DNA from: Methylorubrum extorquens
Lineage (GTDB): Bacteria > Pseudomonadota > Alphaproteobacteria > Rhizobiales > Beijerinckiaceae
Reading direction: 5' to 3'
DNA: 32,000 nt
Assembly: GCA_900234795.1 (NCBI GenBank)
Contig: LT962688.1
Coordinates: 2,520,001-2,552,000, forward strand
Numbering within the stretch: position 1 is the stretch's first letter; every line of letters begins with the position of its first letter. Under the pieces are notes generated by a model. The model did not search any database and was not told the origin of the DNA. It worked only from the letters and a program-made list of their open reading frames with translations. Shown here piece after piece: positions 26,001 to 32,000 of the stretch. Both the position numbers and the translations under genes were made by a program.

Positions 26001-26545
26001 CGGCGTCGACGCTCGGCAGGGTATGGGGCTTGGCCGCCTCCCCTGCCCCATCCCCCCTGCGTCGGTGACGAGGCGGCGAAGGCGATGGACCCGTCGTCAT
26101 GGACGAGGGCGGTCATCTCGATGTCGCGGAATTCGATGGAGCGCGGCTGGACCGAGAGGCGCAGCAGGCTCCACGTATCGAGGCTGACCACCGCGAGCGG
26201 GGCGCGCACCACCAGCGCGCCCTCCGGGTTGAAGATGTCGAGCCCGCCGACCCGGAGTGCCAGCGAGGATTCGCTGTCGAGTTCGAGCGCAGAGTCGCGC
26301 AGCGCCACGCGCCAGCCCGGACCGAAGCGGCCCGCCACCGCCTCGGCGACCTGATGCGTCAGACCGTCGATGCGCAGCGGTCCCTGCGACAGCCGCAGTG
26401 CGACGAGCCCGCCGCCGAGACCGAGCAGGAAGACGACGAGCAGCGCGCACCAGAGCACCGGCCGCCGCCGACGACGGCGCGCTTTGCGCGGCGCAGGCGC
26501 CTCGACCGCCTGCTGGAGCAGGGTCCTGGCCGTTTCCTGATCCAT
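23089..26545 (-). pseudogene. Large AsmA/YhdP-like (DUF3971-type) envelope protein of about 1151 aa, interrupted by an apparent +1 frameshift at the C6 run 26052-26057
   Basis: The N-terminal part is in the frame of ORF 25739..26617. ATG at 26545 gives MDQETARTLLQQAV...RRRRRRPVLWCALLVVFLLGLGGGLVALRL (TM)...IEMTALVHDDGSIAFAASSPTQG. The rest is in the frame of ORF 23089..26100 (...DGAGEAAKPHTLPSVDAARGTVSPV...), continuing to a typical AsmA-like C-terminus (...GTFVPLYGLNNVVAQVPLFGPLLAGGSNEGLFAVNFNVSGPIAKPTV). Removing one G from cagggggga on the coding strand joins the two frames. Confidence 0.75.
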
Positions 26546-26695
26546 CACTCGTTCGCTGCTACACCCGTAGGTTCGGGCGAAGGTCCGTTTGCCGCGGCGG
26601 CTTTCCTCAGGATTCAAGCCACTCCGGCATGGCGTCCCCGGAGGTCTGCGTGCATGGGATCAGGCACACCATCAATCGGCCGAAAGGAAGGCGAA

Positions 26696-27163
26696 ATGCC
26701 GCTAGAGACCGGCAATGCCGCGCCCCTGTTCTCGTTACCCGGAGCCGGCGGCGAGACCATCTCTCTCGAGAGCCTGCGCGGTCACAAGATCGTGCTTTAT
26801 TTCTACCCCAAGGACGATACGAGCGGTTGCACCCTCGAGGCGCAGAACTTCAACGCCCAGAGCGAGGCCTTCGCGGCAGCCGGGGCGAAGGTGGTCGGTG
26901 TCTCGCCGGATTCGGTCAAGAGCCACGATAAGTTCAGGGCCAAGTACGGTCTGACTTTCCCGCTCGCTTCCGACGAGGCGAAATCGATGCTGGAAGCTTA
27001 CGGCGTCTGGGTCGAGAAGAGCATGTATGGCCGAAAATACATGGGCGTGGAGCGCACGACCGTGCTGATCGACCGCGAGGGACAGATCGCGCGGATCTGG
27101 CACAAGGTGAAGGTGCCGGGCCATGTCGAGGAAGTTCTGGAAGCTGTCAAAGCCCTGGCCTGA
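26696..27163 (+). CDS. bcp: Thioredoxin-dependent peroxiredoxin Bcp
   Basis: This is the 3' part of ORF 26099..27163. ATG at 26696 is preceded by AAGGAAG. It reads MPLETGNAAPLFSLPGAGGETISLESLRGHKIVLYFYPKDDTSGCTLEAQNF... Confidence 0.9.
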   Translation: MPLETGNAAPLFSLPGAGGETISLESLRGHKIVLYFYPKDDTSGCTLEAQNFNAQSEAFAAAGAKVVGVSPDSVKSHDKFRAKYGLTFPLASDEAKSMLEAYGVWVEKSMYGRKYMGVERTTVLIDREGQIARIWHKVKVPGHVEEVLEAVKALA

Positions 27164-27180
27164 GGACGGATCGCACGCTG

Positions 27181-27221
27181 GCGTCATTCCGAAAGACGAC
27201 CTTTGGTTCTCGGGATGACGC
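27181..27221 (+). terminator. Hairpin downstream of bcp
   Basis: GCGTCATTCCGA (27181-27192) pairs with TCGGGATGACGC (27210-27221), 12 bp with one mismatch and a 17-nt loop. It starts 18 nt after the bcp stop. There is no strong U-run. Confidence 0.35.
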
Positions 27222-27337
27222 GATCTGTTGAACCGGCGCCTCATGTTTCGATGCGGGCCGCGGATCGCTAACAAACGCTAGGCTTCCTTAACCTTAATCG
27301 TCTGTGATCGGGCCCGTCTCCGAACGTCCGACGTGCC

Positions 27338-28516
27338 ATGCCATCGACTGCTCAGGCCCGCCGCAAAGCCGGCCTTTCCCCGCTCTCACAGCGCCGTCTC
27401 GTCCGGGCGCTCGGCCTTGGGCTCGCCGTCTCGACGCTCTGGGCGGCGGCGGCGAGCTACTACCTCGTCTTTCACGACGAGATGCTGGCCCGCTTCGTTT
27501 CGCGCCAGAGTGCGATGCAGTTTACCTACGAGGAGCGGATCGGCACCCTTCAACGCGCCCTCGACCGCGCGGCGGCCGAGCGCAACGCGGAGCGCGGCAA
27601 TGTCGAGCACCGGCTTTCCGCGCTGACCGAGCGGCAGGCCCTGATCGAGAAGCGCCAGGGGCTGCTCTCCGGTTTGGGTGGGGCCGCCGCGCCGATCGAT
27701 GATGTGCCGCCGCCTGCCCCGATCCCGGTCGCGGAGCCGGCGGCGCGTGTCCAGAAGCCGTTCCCGACGCCGGAATTGCGCATGGGCGGCGAGGACCGGG
27801 CCGAGGCCGCCGGCCGCGCCTCGTCCGCGCGCCTGTCGCGCCTGGAGGAGGCGCTCCATCGTGTCGCCGAGGCGCAGTCGCGCGCCGCGGCCGGCATCGC
27901 CCAGCAGGCCGGGCGCAGCGCCGAACGCTTCCGCGACCTGATCGCCCGCACGGGTCTGTCACCGACCCGGTTCGATCCGCCTGCGGGCGGCGTCGGCGGC
28001 CCCCTCGTTCCGCTCGGGCCCGACGCCTTCGAGCAGGCGTTGGCCGAGGCCCGCCGTCAGATCGAGGAGGAGACGCATCTGCGTCGGGTGACCGCCGCCC
28101 TCCCCTTCCGCCAGCCGCTTCCGGGCGAGCTTGCCTTCACCAGCAGCTTCGGCGCCCGGCTCGATCCGTTCACCCGCGGCTACGCGCTCCATACGGGCGT
28201 GGATATGCGCGCCGAGACCGGGGCCCCGGTCCGGGCCACCGCCGCCGGGCGGATCACAGCGGCCGAGTATGCCGGCGGCTACGGCAACATGGTGGAGGTT
28301 GATCACGGCCGCGGCCTCGTCACTCGCTACGCGCATCTCTCCGGCGCCGCGGTCTCGGTCGGTCAGCGGGTTGAGGCAGGAAGTGTGGTCGGGTTTGCCG
28401 GCTCGACCGGCCGCTCCACCGGCAGCCACTTGCATTACGAGACCCGCATCGACGGCGAGCCGGTCGATCCGCAGCGGTTCCTGCGGGCCGGGGCGCAGCT
28501 CGTTTTCGCGGATTGA
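27338..28516 (+). CDS. M23 (LytM-domain) metallopeptidase with an N-terminal TM and coiled-coil region
   Basis: ORF 27338..28516 with an ATG start. A TM segment (LGLGLAVSTLWAAAASYYLVF) and a coiled-coil-like segment are followed by an intact LytM active site: HTGVDM ... GNMVEVDHG ... GRSTGSHLHYETRIDG. Confidence 0.85.
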   Translation: MPSTAQARRKAGLSPLSQRRLVRALGLGLAVSTLWAAAASYYLVFHDEMLARFVSRQSAMQFTYEERIGTLQRALDRAAAERNAERGNVEHRLSALTERQALIEKRQGLLSGLGGAAAPIDDVPPPAPIPVAEPAARVQKPFPTPELRMGGEDRAEAAGRASSARLSRLEEALHRVAEAQSRAAAGIAQQAGRSAERFRDLIARTGLSPTRFDPPAGGVGGPLVPLGPDAFEQALAEARRQIEEETHLRRVTAALPFRQPLPGELAFTSSFGARLDPFTRGYALHTGVDMRAETGAPVRATAAGRITAAEYAGGYGNMVEVDHGRGLVTRYAHLSGAAVSVGQRVEAGSVVGFAGSTGRSTGSHLHYETRIDGEPVDPQRFLRAGAQLVFAD

Positions 28517-28550
28517 GGCCGGCTGTCCCCTTCCCGTGAGGGGAGGAGAC

Positions 28551-28655
28551 TAGAGCATCGTCCCGAAAGGTGGTTGCCGGCTTTCGGAAAAGATGATGCA
28601 AAAACAAGTGCTTAGAGCATCGTCCTGGATCTGATGTCCAGGACGATGCTCTAAG
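28551..28655. repeat. Composite intergenic repeat: three copies of TAGAGCATCGTCC (two direct, one inverted), including a perfect 19-bp-stem hairpin
   Basis: TAGAGCATCGTCC occurs at 28551-28563 and 28613-28625, with its reverse complement at 28641-28653. CTTAGAGCATCGTCCTGGA (28611-28629) and TCCAGGACGATGCTCTAAG (28637-28655) are exact reverse complements with a 7-nt loop. An inner hairpin CCGAAAG...CTTTCGG lies at 28563-28587. The element sits between the convergent M23 peptidase stop (28516) and prfB stop (28661). Confidence 0.85.
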
Positions 28656-28660
28656 GGGCG

Positions 28661-29789
28661 TCAGTCGATGTCGGCGACGTCTTCGCTGCCGCCGAACACG
28701 CGTTGCGCCAGCGAGGTTTCCATGAACGGGTCGAGGTCGCCGTCGAGCACCTCGTCCGGATCGGTCGATTGCGTGCCGGTGCGCAGATCCTTCACGAGCT
28801 GGTACGGCTGAAGCACGTAGGATCGGATCTGGTGGCCCCAGCCGATATCGGTCTTCGAAGCCGCCTCGGCGTTGGCCTTTTCCTCGCGCTTCTTCAGCTC
28901 GGCCTCGTAGAGGCGGGCGCGCAGCATGTTCCAGGCGGTGGCCCGGTTCTTGTGCTGCGAGCGCTCCTGCTGACAGGCCACGACGATGCCGGTCGGGTTG
29001 TGCGTGATGCGCACCGCCGAATCGGTCGTGTTGACGTGCTGGCCGCCCGCGCCCGACGACCGGTAGGTGTCGATGCGGCAGTCCGATTCCTTGATCTCGA
29101 TCTCGATCCGGTCATCGACGACCGGATAGACCCAGACGCTGGCAAAGCTGGTGTGCCGCCGCGCGTTGGAATCGTAGGGCGAGATGCGCACGAGCCGATG
29201 CACGCCGGACTCGGTCTTGAGCCAGCCATAGGCGTTGTGGCCCTTGATCAGGAGCGTGGCGCCCTTGATCCCGGCCTCTTCGCCGTCGGTCATCTCGACG
29301 ATCTCGACCTTGAACTTCCGGCGCTCGGCCCAGCGGGCATACATGCGCTGGAGCATGTTGGCCCAGTCCTGGCTCTCGGTGCCACCCGCGCCGGCATGGA
29401 CTTCGAGATAGGTGTCGAAGCCGTCGGCCTCGCCCGAGAGCAGGGTCTCGACCTGCCGGCTCGCGGCTTCCTTCTCGACCGCCTTGATCGTGGCCTCGCC
29501 CTCGCTGATGGAGGCTTGGTCACCCTCCATCTCGCCGAGTTCGATCAGCGTCGCGCCATCCTCGAGATCGCGTTCGAGCTTCTTGATCGCGGTGACGGCC
29601 TCGTCGAGCTCCTGGCGCTCGCGCATGACCTTCTGTGCGGCCTCTGGATCGTTCCAGAGGTCGGGGTTCTCGGAAGCCGCGTTCAGCTCCGCGAGACGTT
29701 TATCGACGGTGTCCCAGTCAAAGATGCCTCCTCAGCAGCCCTATAGACTGCTTGGCGGCATCCGAGGCCTGTTCGATCTCGGCGCGCAT
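28661..29789 (-). CDS. prfB: Peptide chain release factor 2, requiring the programmed +1 ribosomal frameshift (join 29789..29721 and 29719..28661)
   Basis: ORF 28661..29626 carries RF2 motifs ([31 protein letters not shown]). Upstream, ATG 29789 opens [23 protein letters not shown] followed by an in-frame TGA. Shifting +1 at CTT TGA C continues [41 protein letters not shown]... in the frame of the long ORF. Confidence 0.95.
29717..29732 (-). promoter_or_regulatory. prfB: prfB autoregulatory +1 frameshift site: internal SD-like AGGAGG, a 3-nt spacer, then CTT TGA C
   Basis: The minus strand reads ctg AGG AGG cat CTT TGA C. On the plus strand this is gtcaaag at 29717-29723 and cctcct at 29727-29732. 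The architecture is identical to the classical E. coli prfB site. Confidence 0.9.
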
Positions 29790-29865
29790 CTGGTGTGAAA
29801 CTCGTATGTCGGTGTGGTCCGGGGTGATACCGGGCGCCTCCCGCCCTGTAAACCGCCGCACCGCG

Positions 29866-30360
29866 ATGCCCAGCCTCCGATCCCGCCGCCTCCGCCTCTT
29901 CGCCGCGGTCCTCGCCGTGATCGCGGCAGGCCTCGGTGTGCGCTATCTGCCGCTCGGCCTGCCGAGGGAGGTCGTGAAGTATGCGGGCTCTATCCTGTGG
30001 GGCGCGATGGTCTACGGGCTCATCGCCCTTGCCCGGCCCGCCGCCCCGGTCGCGCGGCTGGCGGCGCTCGCCCTGATCGTTGCCGTGCTGGTCGAGCTGT
30101 TCCGCCTCGTCCACACGCCGGGGCTCGATGCCTTCCGCTTGACGCTGGCGGGGCAATTGCTGCTCGGCCGCGTCTTCTCACCGTGGAACGTCGTGGCCTA
30201 CGCTGCCGGCATCGGGCTGGCGGCGGCGCTCGATCGGAGCACACGGCGGCCGGACAGGCGGCGGAACGTTGCCGATGCGCTGGCGATGCCGGGCGCCGCG
30301 GAGATCGATTTCGAGCCGCCTCGCGCGAAGATCGCTCGCCGACCGGCTGATTTTTCGTGA
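29866..30360 (+). CDS. DUF2809 family membrane protein
   Basis: This is the 3' part of ORF 29635..30360. ATG at 29866 gives MPSLRSRRLRLFAAVLAVIAAGLGVRYLPLGLPREVVKYAGSILWGAMVYGLIAL... An alternative ATG lies at 29806. The upstream part of the track ORF is antisense to the prfB 5' end. Confidence 0.65.
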   Translation: MPSLRSRRLRLFAAVLAVIAAGLGVRYLPLGLPREVVKYAGSILWGAMVYGLIALARPAAPVARLAALALIVAVLVELFRLVHTPGLDAFRLTLAGQLLLGRVFSPWNVVAYAAGIGLAAALDRSTRRPDRRRNVADALAMPGAAEIDFEPPRAKIARRPADFS

Positions 30361-30505
30361 TGTGAGGTGGCGGCGACGAGCCGACCGGTGTGGCTCAGCC
30401 TCCCGACAGGGCCCGCACCACCGCCCAGTTCGGCGTGATCAGGGCAGCGAGGGTGCGAAGGATGCCTGGCAACGCCCGCATCCTCCGCATCGGCCCCGCC
30501 GCTGC

Positions 30506-32000
30506 TCAGGCCGCCGCGGCCTTGCGGCTCTCGAGGAAGGCCGCGTGCTCGGCCACCAGCGCGCCGCTCAGCGCCTTCTCGATCAGCGCCCGCGTGCCCG
30601 CCACGCCGTAGAGCGCGATGAACGAGCCGAAGCGCGGCCCCTGCGCCTCGCCGAACAGCACGTTGTAGATCGAGGCGAACCACGTCTTCGAGACGCCGGG
30701 CCGCCCGTCCGGGCTCTTGGCCTTGCCCGAGAGGTCGGGGAAGTGGCGCCGGCCGACCTCGTAGACGATGGCCTGCAAGGCCTCCGGATCGGTCGAGTCC
30801 TCGTGCTCGGCGAGTGTGTCCGAGAGGTCGCGCAGGGCCGCGGCCTCCTCTTCGGTGGGCGCGCGGTACTGCTTCTGCGGCCGCACGAAATCCCGGTAAT
30901 AGGCGAGCGCCCGCGTCACGAGGCCGGCGAGCCGCGGATGCGTCTCCGGCCCGACATTCGGGGCGTAGCGACGGATGAAGCCCCACAAAACCGCCTCGTC
31001 CTCGGCATTGGCCACCGCCACGAGGTTCAAGAGCATGCCGAAGGAGAGCGTGGTGCCGGCCTCGTCGATGGTCTCGACGGCTGGCGGTTCGCCCGCATGC
31101 AGGTGCCAGACCGGGTTGCCGAGCCGGTGCTTGGCTTCCTGGCCGGCGAAACGGCCGAGGAAGTTGTCGTACTCGTCGACGTTGCGCGGAATCACGTCGA
31201 AGAACAGGCGCTTGGCCTCGCGCGGCTTGTTGTACATGAACAGCGCGAGCGACTCGGGCGTGGCGTAGGTCAGCCACTCGTCGATGGTCAGTCCGTTGCC
31301 CTTCGACTTCGAGATCTTCTGGCCCTTCTCGTCGAGGAAGAGTTCGTAGTTGAACCCCTCCGGCGGCTCGGCGCCGAGGGCGCGCGCGATCTGGCCCGAG
31401 AGCTTGACCGAATCGATCAGGTCCTTGCCGGCCATCTCGTAATCGACGCCGAGCGCGACCCAGCGCATCGCCCAGTCGGGCTTCCATTGCAGCTTGACGT
31501 GGCCGCCGGTGACCGGCGTCTCGTAGGCCTCGTTCGTCGCCGGATCGCGCCAGACGATGGTGCCGGCGCGCGGGCGCACCTCGTCGATCGACACCTGCAT
31601 CACGTGGCCGGTCACGGGGTGGATCGGCAGGAAGGGCGAGTAGCTCGCCGAGCGCTCGGCCCGCAGCGAGGGCAGCATGATCGCCATCACCGCCTCGTAG
31701 CGCTCCAGCACCAAGCGCAGCGTGTCGTCGAAGATGCCGGCCTTGTAGCACTCGGTGGCCGAGCGGAACTCGTAGTCGAAGCCGAAGGCGTCGAGGAAGC
31801 GGCGCAGCTCGGCGTTGTTGTGCGCGCCGAAGCTGTCATGCGTGCCGAACGGGTCGGGCACCTGGGTCAGCGGGAGGTTCAGCGCCTCGGCCAGCCGCTC
31901 GCGGTTCGGCACGTTGTCCGGGACTTTGCGCAGGCCGTCCATGTCGTCGGAGAAGGCGATCAACCGGGTCGGCACCGCGTCCTTGGTCAGCACGCGGAAG
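30506..32000 (-). CDS. lysK: Class I lysyl-tRNA synthetase; 5' end (N-terminus) lies beyond the right edge of the window
   Basis: ORF 30506..31993 reads ...[20 protein letters not shown]...[28 protein letters not shown]...[21 protein letters not shown], with a class I KMSKS-type loop. The HIGH region is not in the window, so the M at 31993 is internal. Confidence 0.85.
   Translation of the reverse strand, partial: FRVLTKDAVPTRLIAFSDDMDGLRKVPDNVPNRERLAEALNLPLTQVPDPFGTHDSFGAHNNAELRRFLDAFGFDYEFRSATECYKAGIFDDTLRLVLERYEAVMAIMLPSLRAERSASYSPFLPIHPVTGHVMQVSIDEVRPRAGTIVWRDPATNEAYETPVTGGHVKLQWKPDWAMRWVALGVDYEMAGKDLIDSVKLSGQIARALGAEPPEGFNYELFLDEKGQKISKSKGNGLTIDEWLTYATPESLALFMYNKPREAKRLFFDVIPRNVDEYDNFLGRFAGQEAKHRLGNPVWHLHAGEPPAVETIDEAGTTLSFGMLLNLVAVANAEDEAVLWGFIRRYAPNVGPETHPRLAGLVTRALAYYRDFVRPQKQYRAPTEEEAAALRDLSDTLAEHEDSTDPEALQAIVYEVGRRHFPDLSGKAKSPDGRPGVSKTWFASIYNVLFGEAQGPRFGSFIALYGVAGTRALIEKALSGALVAEHAAFLESRKAAAA

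Noticed and set aside
3788-26057. Programmed ribosomal frameshifting or transcriptional slippage as an explanation for the DUF1624, efp and asmA-like breaks
   Set aside because: None of the three has a shifty stop with an upstream SD-like element (as prfB does) or a known slippery heptamer. These families are not known to use recoding. An error or mutation in a homopolymer run is simpler.
22726-26187. A 1153-aa plus-strand ORF, the longest in the track
   Set aside because: It is antisense to the AsmA/YhdP-like gene and begins in the non-coding gap. Its composition (RRGAVEGD... repeats) is not protein-like, whereas the minus strand gives a coherent envelope protein.
1-32000. A defence island, prophage, IS element, integron or CRISPR array
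   Set aside because: No transposase, integrase, recombinase, phage structural gene, toxin-antitoxin pair or regularly spaced direct-repeat array could be found on either strand. Apart from the orphan DUF3578 gene, the content is housekeeping.

Overview
Very GC-rich alphaproteobacterial chromosome segment, judged by eye rather than computed. Gene content and repeat types look Rhizobiales/Methylobacterium-like, which is inference only. It is a dense core-genome region. I support 29 protein-coding loci: bchD (partial), a two-domain cold-shock protein, efp with its modification genes epmA/epmB, pccA, ribB, aroC, anmK, tyrS, a fatty-acid desaturase, a large AsmA/YhdP-like envelope protein, bcp, an M23 peptidase, prfB, class I lysyl-tRNA synthetase (partial), and several DUF-type genes. 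I found no rRNA, tRNA, CRISPR array, transposase, integrase or phage gene. Most long ORFs in the supplied track are high-GC antisense or off-frame artefacts. I did not find a convincing novel multi-gene system. The observations most worth a second look are listed here. (1) Three genes (DUF1624, efp, asmA-like) are each split by a single extra base in a C/G homopolymer run; this is distinct from the canonical programmed +1 frameshift in prfB, which is also present. (2) A standalone McrB-N-terminal-like (DUF3578) gene sits between anmK and aroC. (3) A GstB-like GST is start/stop-overlapped with the epmA-epmB EF-P modification genes. (4) Two palindromic intergenic repeat families and a perfect 40-bp palindrome are present. 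(5) A 586-bp non-coding, hairpin-rich gap lies upstream of the desaturase. (6) bchD sits at the end of a tight csp-DUF192-bchD tandem with no bchI upstream. All homology calls come from my own reading of the translations. No database search was run.
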